Shown: positions 24,216 through 37,710, numbered from the stretch's first letter. The stretch: DNA of 64,000 bases from Octopus sinensis (GCF_006345805.1 NC_043004.1:94736001-94800000); one strand, 5' to 3'. A program made the numbers and translations. Notes: a model not told the origin generated them from the letters alone.

Positions 24216-25241
24216 ATTAATACCTAATGACAGGTTAAAACAAGATCACCAGTAACCTTGTGAAACCACAGTGAAACCATAGTGTTGCTCTCCTTAAAAG
24301 GGTTTGTGGCAATAGTTAAGGGTTCCTCTCTCCCAGCGATTTTACTGCATGTCCTGACACAAACTAAGGACACTTCTGCATTCCAACACTCAGATGGAAT
24401 GTCATCACATTTGCTAGGTAACCCATTACTAGGACTCTGTCAGGTGCAACAACTCTGGTTCAGAGTGGGCTTGGGAACTCCCAAATGAGAGCTCCGCTAC
24501 TGGATACAGTTTGAAGTCATGCCCAGGACAGGCATACATGCATAAATACAAACATGACTGAATGCATGTGAACATACAAATTTGAAAGCATTTCAAGGAA
24601 AGGAAAAAACTATGGAAGGCATGGAATATCATGTTACAATCACATCTTTGAGATTTGGGTTCATCAACCATGATGATTCATGGTTGAGAAAAAGGTCAAT
24701 AACAGTTTGGGAAAATGGACAATAAACAACGATGGTAGTCATGATGATGATGATGATGATGATAATGATGATGATGATGCAGACGACGATGAAGAAGAGG
24801 AGGGGGATCAATATGAATGTATTGCTTATAATTTATAGTTTCTCAAGAATCCTCTTCACTTCAGTGTGTGTGCGTGTGTGTGGACATGTGTGAATGCATA
24901 TGAATGTGTGTGTAAATGTGTGTGTGCATGTCTATCTGTGTGTGTGTGTGAGAGCGAGAGAGAGAGTAGATGTGTGAGCTTGCGTATATGTGTGTGTATT
25001 GTAGTCAATCTCTCTAGAAAAAGCTATGTGCACATATATCTAATAGATTTCATATATGTGAAAGTATGTGTGATCACACATACTCACACATGCACACAGA
25101 TATGTATATGTACATAGATTTTCTTATGTACAACATATCCATATTATGTACATAGGTGTGTGTGTGTGTATCAGTACACATTCCTGCATAGATAAATGCA
25201 CATAACATGAAAATCATAAATAATATATAATTACATTCATA

Positions 25242-25275
<34 letters not shown>

Positions 25276-25314
25276 GCATATATAATATATATATATATAT
25301 ATAATATATATATA

Positions 25315-25354
<40 letters not shown>

Positions 25355-25372
25355 ATATATATACATACATAC

Positions 25373-25418
<46 letters not shown>

Positions 25419-25530
25419 CATATATATATACACACACATACATACATATACATTTATATAGAGAGAGATACATATGGATGTCTGTATGTATATGTAGGCA
25501 TGTATATCTATATATAAATGTATATATATG

Positions 25531-25591
<61 letters not shown>

Positions 25592-25987
25592 CATACATAT
25601 ATGTATATATATATATGTATATATATACAGATATAGATATATACATACATACATATATATATATATATTATATATATATATATACATATATAAATACCTA
25701 ATATATGCATACATAAACACATACATATATTACATACTTAGTCATGCACATCTTCTAACATTTAAATACACGGTTATATGCTTATCAATATACACATGAA
25801 TACACATCTCACACATATCTACCCTCACGGATATATGAAGAATCATATGAATAGATGTTTAATATATATTTATATATGTAAGTTTATGCGTATGTGAGTA
25901 TGTGTTCATATGCATGCATGTATGTATGTATGTATGTATGTAAGTATGTATGTATGTATATGTGTGTATTTATATATGTATACATAC

Positions 25988-26044
<57 letters not shown>

Positions 26045-26290
26045 GAGAGAGAGGGGGGAGGGAGGGAGTGAGAGGAAGGAAAATAGATAACAGACTTTTA
26101 GATATATAAATGTACAAAGGTAGATAGATATACAAATTCAAACAAGATTTCATATATATGTATATATATCCATCTATCTATATTTATATATATTTATACA
26201 CACATACATACATTGAAAATTATTAATGTATATGCACATGCAAACACACAACGCACACACTTATACATACATCATGCATACATACATATA

Positions 26291-26322
<32 letters not shown>

Positions 26323-27489
26323 GACATGTACATATATACACACACATACATACATACATCATGCATACATTCATCCTACATACATAACATATATATATAC
26401 TTATGAATAATTACATCTAGTAGTGGTGAGAGAGTGAAGAAATGGTAAAGTATCACCATTTAATTGGTGTACATTTAATTAAACTGTCGTACGTAAGACA
26501 AATTATCCAATGTCTGTGAGATGGTTATATATGAAAATTAAAAATTTCCAATACAGCTCTTCAAAAGCAGGCAAAAGTCTGAAAGCGATATCACTGCTTC
26601 ATTGCTTATGCAATAAATGGCTTGCAAGAATTACTTTGAAAGATTCTAATCTGATAAATAATATGATTGGCAATATCTATGAATATGAAAAAGCAAAAAG
26701 GAAAATGTAATTCTTAACTATCGCTGCAAAGAATGTAAAAGCATAAAATAGATAAAACAGCTAAAAACTATTTCAAGTTGCTAACCAATGAGAAACGCTT
26801 CTGTATAACTTAGTTGGTCAGTCATTCTGTTGTCAAAGCATTTATATCATTATATGACATTTGGCTGGCAGAGATTGTTGACTCCTCTCACTTGCTGTAG
26901 TTATTTTCCTCCCCTCTATTCCAGCAAAGAGAAAAAGAAAGAAAAAAAAGAAACCTTGTTTTACTTATTTAGTTCACTTTTTTTTATTTTTTTTTTTCAC
27001 TGTATGAGACCTCACAGCACTTATAGAAATGCTTGGTCAGGATTAAAAGATATTATTGCTAGAAAATATATCTGAAGAAATCACTGGTGCAATGAAGGAA
27101 TCTCTATGTTGTCACTCAATCTGCTTGAAATAGCAGCCAAATTTCCCTCAAATTGCATTAAACCATGTTTAAAAATCAAAGGACATTGTGGATAATGTAT
27201 TCTTAAAAGGGTAATTAAGATTGGAATGCCTTTTATAAAATGTCTGCTTGATCAGACCTAAACTATGTCTACACACCAATAACAGGTAAAATTATGTGAT
27301 GCAATGGTGCTAATTGCATGACAGGAAAAATAGGCAAAGGGTTAAAGCCCTGACTCATTCAGCTTTGAATCATTAAATTAAAATGATTGTGTTTAGCTTT
27401 ATAACTATTTTTCTTTTTTTCACTTGTTTCAGTCATTTTGACTGCGGCCATGCTGGAGCACCGCCTTTAAAAAAACAACTACTTACATG

Positions 27490-27726
27490 TTGAAAGTTAT
27501 TGATAATTACTTACATTTGACATATTTGTCCTCATCTTGTTTGTTGTGAACACAGCGTTTCGGCTTATATACCCTCCAGCCTTCATCAGGTGTCTTGGGG
27601 GAAATTTCAAACCTGAGTTCTCATTCCTAAAGTATTTTTCGATATTATTTTTATTATTCAGGTCGCTGCCTGGAATCGAACTCGGAATCTTGGGGTTAGT
27701 AGCCCACACTCTTAACCACTACGCCG
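27490..27726 (-). mobile_element. tRNA-headed SINE-like element carrying a hammerhead ribozyme
   Basis: tRNA-like head at 27661-27726 (A box GGCGTAGTGG, B box GTTCGATTCC, 7-nt loop CTACTAA); HHR begins ~66 nt downstream. Confidence 0.7.
27549..27594 (-). ncRNA. Minimal type I hammerhead ribozyme (this copy has U16.1>C)
   Basis: GACAC-CTGATGA-A-GGCT-[12 nt]-AGCC-GAAAC-GCT-GTGTT. Confidence 0.7.
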
Positions 27727-27943
27727 TATAACCGGCTTTCATATTTTTCATCTTTACAAGAATATATTGATGCAAGCCTGGTAACGTGGTTCGGAAGTAT
27801 GCTTCACAATCGCATATTTCCAGTTTCGATTCTGCTTGGCAACACTTTGAACAAGTCTCTCCTACCATGACCCTGGGAAGATCATTATGCAATAAATGAA
27901 TTTTCATATGAAAAATTTGTGGTAACTCACTTTTTACGCACAG

Positions 27944-28135
27944 TCACTGTTGTTTATGGTACCTCTTTCGGACATGCCATCAGTTACACAGGGAGCTGAT
28001 GATGCAAAAATAGCACGAGCAGTGAAGGAACCTTTTAATGCTAATCTTCTACAGAAAGACCTAGATGCCATATACGAATGGGCTGAAGAAAACAACATGC
28101 AATTAATGCAGGAAAATTTCAACCTCCTGTTCACA
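27944..28135 (+). pseudogene. CR1/L2-like LINE reverse transcriptase fragment
   Basis: LLFMVPLSDMP..ADDAKI...LQKDLDAIYEWAEENNMQ resembles the RT YADD region and the following helix. Confidence 0.75.
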
Positions 28136-29095
28136 TTATCCTCTCAAATTTTCTAGACCTGCTAAAAATAACAATCCAAGCACTCTCAGACTCCATTCTC
28201 TTTATCTTACAGAAAAATATTAGAAAACCAAATTGATATGCATAGTTCTAAATACACTGATTTAAGAAAACAATTGGATGATCAAAACTGGAACATCTCT
28301 GCTCTTTGGTTTGCTCAATCAATGCTGACCTGGAGCGAAGAACAGCATCTTTCATTCTTCATATATCCTGCACAGACACACATGAACATATGTACACACA
28401 CACACACACACTGACAAAGAACCAAAGAACATACAGATGATGCACAGATTCCTTTACAAGATGTGTCAAAAGCAGTCTTGAATTAATCTTTAAAGGTCTT
28501 TGATACTCTGTGACATTCACCTGTATGTTTCTTTCTTCAAAGATTGAAAGAAAACATTGTCCACAAAGCAAGTGTTACTCAACAACAGAAAACTGTGTTG
28601 TGTGCATGTGTGTAACTCGTGTACTTCACGTCTGCTTAAATAACCAAATGGAATTTCTATTAAACGATTTAATAAGAACAGTTTGTATTCTCCAGTGATG
28701 TATCTGGTTAGCATAGGAAATGGACATGATAAGTTTACCTTCTCTTCTTCCTTTAGAATAGGTATTATGAAACAAAAGCTTTCTTAGACTAATCAGATGC
28801 ATCATTAGAGAATACAAACTGCTCAACGTTAAATTGGTTAATAGACTTCCAGTCTTTGTTTGTCACAATATGCATGTATAAGTAATGTGTAAACATAATG
28901 GATTACAATGATATTTTGTAGAGAATTACTGAGTGTTTAAATTATTAGATTTCTGCATATAGATAAGTTACATATTATATGCTGAAGCTTATACACACAT
29001 ATATATATACATATACGTGTGTGCGTGTATATATGTGTGTGTCTGTGTGTATATATGTATGTATGTACATGCATATATGTAAGTACATACATTCT

Positions 29096-29307
29096 GTGAG
29101 CTGGCAGAAACGTTAGCACATCGGGCGAGATGCTTAGCGGTATTTCGTCTGCCGTTACGTTCTGAGTTCAAATTCTGTTGAGGTCGACTTTGCCTTTCAT
29201 CCTTTCGGGCTTGATAAATTAAGTACCAGTTATGCAGTGTGGTCGATGTAATCGACTTAATACTTTTGTCTGTCACCTCTATGTTTAACCCTTTGTGAGT
29301 AATAAAG

Positions 29308-29310
<3 letters not shown>
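29096..29310 (+). mobile_element. SINE family B
   Basis: Family consensus match. Confidence 0.85.
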
Positions 29311-29355
<45 letters not shown>

Positions 29356-30106
29356 ATGTGTGTGTATATATATGTATATATATATTTATGTAATGTGGGT
29401 GTATTGTGTTTAATAACAAGCAATATTGAAAATAAAGTACACCAGTAAAGCAAAATAGAACTCTGTTTATACAAAACAGTATACTTGCATACATACACAC
29501 ATGCACACACATACACATTCACACATACTTTGCATTCAGCTCACACATCCTTGTTCGTGTTTTTTTACATAACTCTTACTCCATTTCACATCCAAACATT
29601 TCCATCCAGAGACCACCAGATATCTCCACACAATGTTCATACAGCAATTACCTTGTAACTACATAACATGCACTCTAAAACACTTGCACTTGCAACTCAC
29701 GTTACTGCAAACCCCTCTGCACCAAAACAGACATAATACCCAACACACAACATAAACCACCACATGCAACAACACATCACTGCAACATCCTTAGAACAAG
29801 CCTAGAACAATCACTACTATAAGATAGCACACACTACATAAATCCACAAGCATTACACAGCAACAAAAAAATACCATGTTCTGTTGTGTCTGGGGAGAGA
29901 CATTTTCTTTTTTGTGCCTTATTTAACACGCTCACCAGTAAAATTTCCACTTATTTCTTATTTTCATTTTCCTAAAATTTTCATTGCATCTTGCAACCTT
30001 TTCAATAATTTTGACCAAATCCAAAAACGAAAAACAAATGCCAGTTCTACCAACCCAAAACTTGCACAGCCTATATCAGAGAGAAAAAAAAGATTGTTGC
30101 TCCATA

Positions 30107-30526
30107 GGCACAGCAGTGGTTGTGTGGTAAATAGCTTGTTTACCAACTACATGGTTCCGGGTTCAGTCCCACTGCATGGCATGTTGGGCAAGTGTCTTCT
30201 ACTATAGCCTCAGGCCGACCAAAGCCTTGTGAGTGAATTTGGTAGACGGAAACCTGAAAGAAGCCTGTCGTATATATGTATATATATATATGTATTTGTA
30301 TGTTTGTGTGTCTGTATTTGTCCCCCTAGCATTGCTTGACAACCGATGCTGGTGTGTTTACGTCGCCGTCACTTAGCGGTTCGGCAAAAGAGACTGATAG
30401 AATAAGTACTGGGCTTACAAAGAATAAGTCCTGGGGTCGATTTGCTCGACTAAAGGCGGTGCTCCAGCATGGCCGCAGTCAAATGACTGAAACAAGTTAA
30501 AGAGTAAAAGAGTAAAGAGTAAAGAG
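30107..30526 (+). mobile_element. tRNA-derived SINE family A, full length, (AAAGAGT)n tail
   Basis: A/B-box head, internal TA/TG microsatellite, conserved 3' half. Other copies at 22525-22855, 41152-41630, 44160-44490 and 52265-52645 (all minus) and 57470-57912(+). Confidence 0.9.
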
Positions 30527-30888
30527 TGTGATGATGTACTTGTTAATATGGAAATGACACTGTTACTCTTTGTGATGGACCGATGTCCCACCCAGGTGAG
30601 GAACCTAAATGCCAATGAAACTAGGAAACTGGCCCTTATGAGCCAGGAATGGCTCAAGAAGGAACAAACACACACACGCTGTTATTCATGTTAAATACTA
30701 ATACTTATTGCAGTGTTGGTTTTATATTCACTGCATTGTTATTGGTGTTATAGATACTACAGTGTTAGTATTATAATTGTGTGGCTTAGTGGTCAATATA
30801 TCCAGCTCACAATTATAAGGTTGTTTCTTTGTTGCTGTTCGCCTTTTTTGTGAGCAAATTTAACTAGCCCCTTCATGATATCTACACT

Positions 30889-31087
30889 TTAACCCTTTAG
30901 CATTCAGGTTATCCTGTTTCGAACTAATCATGTATTATCTCATGGGTTTGAGATTTCAATGATATGATTGTATATTTTTAGAATGAGATTGTTGGGTAGG
31001 TGTTAGGGACTAGATCTGGTCAGTTTGAGCATAAAACAGGTAGAATATTTCGGCCAGATATGGCTGGTTTAGATGCTAAAGGGTTAA
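30889..31087. mobile_element. piggyBac-type MITE with TTAA TSD
   Basis: TTAA-CCCTTTAGCAT...ATGCTAAAGGG-TTAA. Confidence 0.85.
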
Positions 31088-31425
31088 GCCTATTGCTACA
31101 TGAATCATCACAATATCTTTACATAGTACTTGTAGCATTTACCACTTTATTATTGCTACACGGCAGCATTCATAATAACATGACTTGCTAAGAGCTAAAA
31201 ATTTATGCATATTTCTTTCATAGTATGCATCAGAAGTTAGCTGTTTCTATGTATTCTCTCATTGAATGGAACTTATGCTGTAGTCTGAAATGATTCATAA
31301 TTTGTTCACATAAATTACAATTCATGATTTATATCAATATTTGATGAGCACTCTTCATGAATGGAAAGTACCTTGCTAAGACCAGTTACAATGTGCCCCA
31401 TGCGATACATATGTATTTTATCATG

Positions 31426-31460
<35 letters not shown>

Positions 31461-31462
<2 letters not shown>

Positions 31463-32546
31463 CAAATTACAATGAATGTAAACAAACAGATGAAGTTTGC
31501 TTTAGAAGCATTGAGATGTCTTAGAAAGTTAAAGAAGTGATTTTAAATTCTCTAACGCAGGATAATGCTAATATAACCTGAACAGGATAAGCTACCCCTA
31601 TTTTGCAAATCATCATCATCATTATCATCGTTTAACGTCCGTTCTCCATGCTAGCATGGGTTGGACGGTTCGACCAGGGATCTGGGAAGCCAGAAGGCTG
31701 CACCAGGCTCCAGTCTGATCTGGCAGTGTTTCTACAGCTGGATGCCCTTCCTAACGCCAACCACTCCGTGAGTGTAGTGGGTGCTTTTTACGTGCCACCT
31801 GCACTGGTGCCAAGCGAGGCTGGCATCGGCCACGGTCGGATTGGTGCATTTTACGTGCCACCTGCACGGAAGCCAGTCGAGGCGGCACTGGCTTCGGCCA
31901 CGATTCGGATGGTGCTTTTTACGTGCCATTCAAATTACAATGAATGTAAACAAACAGATGAAGTTTGCTTTAGAAGCATTGAGATGTCTTAGAAAGTTAA
32001 AGAAGTGATTTTAAATTCTTTAACGCAGGATAATGCTAATATAACCTGAACAGGATAAGCTACCCCTATTTTGCAAATCATCATCATCATCATCATCGTT
32101 TAACGTCCGTTCTCCATGCTAGCATGGGTTGGACGGTACGACCAGGGATCTGGGAAGCCAGAAGGCTGCACCAGGCTCCGGTCTTATCTGGCAGTGTTTC
32201 TACAGCTGGATGCCCTTCCTAACGCCAACCACTCCGTGAGTGTAGTGGGTGCTTTTTACGTGCCACCTGCACTGGTGCCAGGCGAGGCTGGCATCGGCCA
32301 CGGTCGGATTGGTGCATTTTACGTGCCACCTGCACGGAAGCCAGTCGAGGCGGCACTGGCTTCGGCCACGATTCGGATGGTGCTTTTTACGTGCCATTCA
32401 AATTACAATGAATGTAAACAAACACATGAAGTTTGCTTTAGAAGCGTTGAGATGTCTTAGAAAGTTAAAGAAGTGATTTTAAATTCTCAAACGCAGGATA
32501 ATGCTAATATAACCTGAACAGGATAAGCTACCCCTATTTTGCAAAT
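31461..32546. repeat. Tandem array X-R-X-R-X with a 468-bp period
   Basis: 150-bp X at 31461, 31929 and 32397; RTE 3' UTR (R) at 31611-31928 and 32079-32396; (TA)n on both sides. Confidence 0.9.
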
Positions 32547-32659
32547 ATATATATATATATATAATTGGTGGCATGAACTGGATATGTAGTGCTCAATGCA
32601 TAAGAAACTCTACATAAGTCACTCATGGGTCAAAAGTTCTATGCATTGCACATTTTATA

Positions 32660-33880
32660 ATGCATTTAACATCCGTTGTCCATGCTGGCATGAGTTGGAT
32701 GTTTTGACCAGGGCTGGCAAGCTTGAAGGCTGCACCAGACTCCAGTCTGATTTGACATGGTTTTCTATGGCTGGATGGACTTTCTAACACCAACCACTCC
32801 GGGAGTGTAGTGGGTGCCTTTTACGTGCCACTAGCACAGGTGCCATTTGTGTAACAATGGTATCTGCCATAACTGATTTTGCGTGGCTTGATGGGTCTTC
32901 TTCTGAAGCATGACATAATGATAAAGGTCTCAGTCATTGCCTCCATGAGGCCCAGCACTCAAAAGGAGCCCAGCCACTTTGCCACCATGAGGCTCAGTGC
33001 TCAAAAGGTGCTTTTTATGTACTACTGGCATAGGTTCCAGGCATGAGACACCAGCATTGGCCACGACTATGGTTTCACTTAGCTTGATGGGTCTTCTCAA
33101 GCACAGTATATTGCCAAAAGTCTCAGTCACTAGTCATTGCCTCTGTGAGGCCCAAAGTTCGACAGTCATGCTTCATCACCTCATGCCATGTCTTCCTGGG
33201 TCTACCTCTACCACAGCTTCCCTCCACAGTTAGAGATTGATAGTGCTTTACACTACTGTACTCACCTATACACATCACATGACCATACCAGCACAGTCAT
33301 CTCTCTTGCACACCACATCTGATGCCTCTTATACTCTTACTCTCTTTTACTCTTTTACTTGTTTCAGTTATTTGACTGCAGCCATGCTGGAGCACCACCT
33401 TTAGTCGAGCAAATCGACCTCAGGGCTTATTCTTTGTCTTTTGTCATTGCCTCTGTGAGGCCCAACGTTCGAAGGTCATGCTTCACCACCTCATCCCATG
33501 TCTACCTGGGTCTCCCTCTTCCACAGGTTCCTTCCACTGTTAGTGAGTGACACTTCTTCACACATCTCTCCTCATCCACACACAACACATGACCATGCCA
33601 GCACACTTGTCTCTCTTGCATACCACATCTGATGTTTCTTGTATCCAGTATTTCTCTCAGGGTGCTCACACTCTGTTGTGTGTGCACACTGACAATACAC
33701 ATCAAGTGGATCATACTAGCTTCATTTCTTTCAAGCTTACACATGTCTTCAGCAGTCATGGCCCGTGTTTCACTGCTGTGTAGCATGGCAGTTCATACAC
33801 AAGCATCATACAATCTACCTTTCACCCTGAGTGAGAAGCCCTTTGTCACACAGTAGAGGTAGGATCTTTCTGAACTTTGC
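32660..33880 (-). mobile_element. Two tandem RTE LINE 3' ends, one joined to its full 3' UTR; SINE A tail between them
   Basis: ORF 33502-33786 LHSSET...WHGHVLCVDEERCVKKC..VEGTCGRGRPR; second ORF end at 33131-33325 runs into the family D UTR. Confidence 0.85.
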
Positions 33881-33939
33881 CCAGGCTATTCTTTTTCTAG
33901 TGGCAATGGTCTACAAGCAATATTTATATATATCACCAT

Positions 33940-34118
33940 CATCATCATCGTTTAACGTCCGTTTTCCATGCTAGCATGGGTTGGACAGTTCAACTGGGGT
34001 CTGGGAAGCCAGAAGGCTGCGCCAGGCCCAGTCTGATCTGGCAGTGTTTCTACAGCTGGATGCCCTTCCTAACGCCAACCACTCCGTGAGTGTAGTGGGT
34101 GCTTTTTACGTGCCACCT
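33940..34118 (-). mobile_element. RTE 3' UTR (family D)
   Basis: (CAT)n plus conserved core; further copies at 52960-53030 and 53620-53810. Confidence 0.8.
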
Positions 34119-34435
34119 TCACATATATATTGTGGAATTGGATCTCAAAGTATGTATAAAACTAAATATCAGGTTTATAATCCCTTTTGGACAGAAGTTC
34201 ACAGCTGCTCTTAAAACATGAATTCACATCTTTCACAGATATGACAAGCATTCTACTATTGGACCAAAACAATCCTTTGAATTTTTCTATCTGTTTTAGA
34301 AACTTCATTCTTACCAGCAATAGAATGTAGAATAAATTGTTAATGGAACTGAATCTCAAACTATCTATAAAGTTATAAATAATAACATGTAAATATTGGG
34401 TTAAAAAACCGTTTTGGTTAGGAAATTCGAAAGAT

Positions 34436-34499
34436 ACCTGTGGGATTTGAACCTACATCTCCTATAGACATGGCAGGCGTCCTACCATTCAACCAAAGC
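34436..34499 (-). pseudogene. tRNA-like pseudogene or isolated SINE head
   Basis: GCTTTGGTTGAATGGTAGG...GGTTCAAATCCCACAGG has A and B boxes but no canonical anticodon arm. Confidence 0.5.
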
Positions 34500-34849
34500 A
34501 ATCTTTTGAAATTATCCATTTTAGAACTTTTTTTTTTTTACTAGCGAGAATTGTGTGTTGATGGTATCATAAGAATTTATAAATCTTCCAGAGAATGTGA
34601 GATAACTGTTTTTTGAATTGGATCTTGAATTCAAATAAAGTTATAAATAGTAGCAGTAGTACTGCAAGATCTAATTCCCGAAAAGAAAGAATTATGCAAT
34701 TTTCTCTCAAAAGTTTAATAATTCTTTTGTTGTCAACACACATGTGTGCACACGTGGGTGCATACAAACGTGCACATACAAATATGCATGCATACATACA
34801 TACATACATACATATATACATACATACATACATAAATACATACATGCAT

Positions 34850-34928
<79 letters not shown>

Positions 34929-35224
34929 ATATATATTCATATATATATATGAAACTTTTACATGCAAGTGAATTCAACAAAAAGAATTCCACCTGGTGAG
35001 AGATAAATATTGTTTAATGAACACAGTACATATCTTTATATGTGGAGTTCTTAGATCTGAAAAGAATCTGCCATCTTTCAGCTATGCATAGCTTATATTA
35101 TTTTGATCCATTGACATATTGATTGCATGTGGCATGGCATTAGATTTCAAACCTCATATGTGGCTAGCCAACTTAGCAGTTTTACTATGCATGTTCATAT
35201 ATATATATATGTGTATATATATAT

Positions 35225-35291
35225 ATCAAAATAAGCAACAGGATATCCAGAAGTGATGCAGTACTCTGGATATCCTGTTGCTTATTTTGAT
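35225..35291. repeat. Perfect hairpin, 27-bp arms, 13-nt loop
   Basis: atcaaaataagcaacaggatatccaga / tctggatatcctgttgcttattttgat, next to (TA)n. Confidence 0.9.
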
Positions 35292-35398
35292 TTTATTCAC
35301 CCTTTTTGAAATTGTACAGATAATTCTGCACTAATATTTGGTGCCTCAACTTAAGTACCTAATTCGTCTGAATCTCAATTATATATATATATTTATTT

Positions 35399-35614
35399 AA
35401 CGTAAAGTATACTAGCCATCTCAATATGGCTAACCACTAAGGGTAGGTGTTACTGTAGCTTTTATCCCCAGGCGATCATTGTCTCCAGCTGGCTTTAGGG
35501 TGCAGAAATTGTGCCTAAAGCCAGCTGGAGACGATGATCTCCTGGGGCTAAAATTTACAGTAACACCCACCCTTAGTGGTTAGCCATATTGAGATGGCTA
35601 GTATACTTTACGTT
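35399..35614. repeat. Palindrome with ~101-bp arms, derived from the repeat family at 43030-43490
   Basis: About 6 arm mismatches; loop at 35500-35513. Confidence 0.85.
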
Positions 35615-36083
35615 GTCGAGCGGTTACTGTTTACATCTCATTCAGAGATTTATTATTGCTATATTTATTTATATTTATATATACACACACGTGTATATAT
35701 TATGAAACTCTATGCAGTTTCTGTCTACCTGTTCCACTCACAAGACATTGGACAATTCAAGGTTCCTGTAGAAGACAATTAAGCAATGCGCTATGTAGTA
35801 AGATCGAACTCAGAACTGCATAGTTTCTAAATGCGCCTAACCACGAAACCGTTCTGGCATCTACAACTGAATCACAAAGTAATTTGACATATGTAAACTA
35901 ATAGATTTTGTTTTTATTGCACCAGCATTCAGTATAATTACTGCTACTGCACTTTGTTGCACGTGTTGTTGTATCTGTTACAATTATAGTTGATGTTTAT
36001 CATTGAAATTATATTCGTTGTTGCAGAAAATAGGTTAATATAAACTCCATTCTTATATAGTTGTCCTCTCTTATTAAATTTAT

Positions 36084-36703
36084 TTATTTAAGAGCTTGTT
36101 TATATGCGTGCATGCATGTGATATACACACATACAAATATACATGCATACACACACACAAATGAAAACACACGCATATATATATACATATATGCACACAT
36201 ATACACAAAGGCACACACACACATATATATATAGATATATGCATATACATATATACATAAATACACGTATATATGCATACTTAGATACATATATGCATAG
36301 ATACACACACACACATACATATACATACATACTCACATGCATATATGTACATACACAGATACATAGATACATAAATACACATATAAATATGCACACATAT
36401 ACACACACAGATACATATATACATGCATACACACATACATACATACACACACATATATATACAGACACACATATATACATACATACATACATACATACAC
36501 ACATATATAAATACATATGTGCACACCCGAATATACATATATTCACGCTCGCACATATATATACATACATACATATGTACACACAGATAGATATATACAT
36601 GCATATATATGCACATACATAAATACATACACGCACACATATATATACATATATACACACCTGTAAATACATACATAACACACACATATATATATATACA
36701 TAA

Positions 36704-36734
<31 letters not shown>

Positions 36735-37260
36735 TATAAATATATATATATATACAGACACACATACATACATACATGCACACACATATATATATACATA
36801 TATGCACACCTGTATATACATACATACTGGTACACACATATATATACATACATACATGCATACACACAGATACATATATACATACATATATACACACATA
36901 CATACATACATGCACACACATATATATACATATATGCACACCTGTATATACATACATACTCGTACACACATATATATACATACATGCATACACACAGATA
37001 CATATATACATACATATATACACACATACATACATACATGCACACATATATATATATACATATATGCACACCTGTATATACATACATACTGGTACACACA
37101 TATATATATACATACATACATGCATACACACAGATACATATATACATACATATATACACACATACATACATACACGCACACATATATAGATATACATACG
37201 CACCTGTATATACACACATATGTGCATTCACAAGCACATGCATGCACATTTCTTTTTGTC
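36084..37260. repeat. CATA/CA compound microsatellite with ~131-bp higher-order repeat
   Basis: gcacacctgtatata recurs at 36804, 36936, 37066 and ~37200. Confidence 0.85.
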
Positions 37261-37349
37261 TTTGTCAATACAACTGCAGCAATTGTTACTGATATGCTGT
37301 TCTCATTGCAGCATCTATTGTTATATAAATTGGTTTATATCAACAGTTG

Positions 37350-37665
37350 GCTTACATAAGTTGTTGTGTTGTTGTTGCTCTGTGTTGTTGTTGCTCTGTG
37401 TTGTTGTTGTTGTTGTTGTTGTTGTTGCTGCTGCTGCTGATGATGATCATGTTGTCATTATGGTTAATGCTGTTTGTGTTGGTGCCTCTTTTGTTGCTGT
37501 TGTTGCCACTGTGGTTGTTGTTGTTGTTGTTACCATCTCTTTTGTTGTTTTAACAATTGTTGCTGTCGTTGTTGTTATGTTGAGGTTGTTGTTGGTGGTG
37601 GTGTTGTTGTTGTTGTTGTTGTCGCTGATGCTACTCTTACCACTGCAGCCGTTGTGTTGTCATTA

Positions 37666-37710
<45 letters not shown>

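Noticed and set aside
31730-31800. Twister or HDV-like ribozyme in the RTE UTR near ggaagggcatcc
   Set aside because: I recall a similar motif next to twister ribozymes in other retroelements, but I could not build a twister or HDV core from this sequence.
34436-34499. Functional tRNA gene
   Set aside because: The anticodon arm and acceptor stem do not fold canonically. All other tRNA-like segments in the window are SINE heads.
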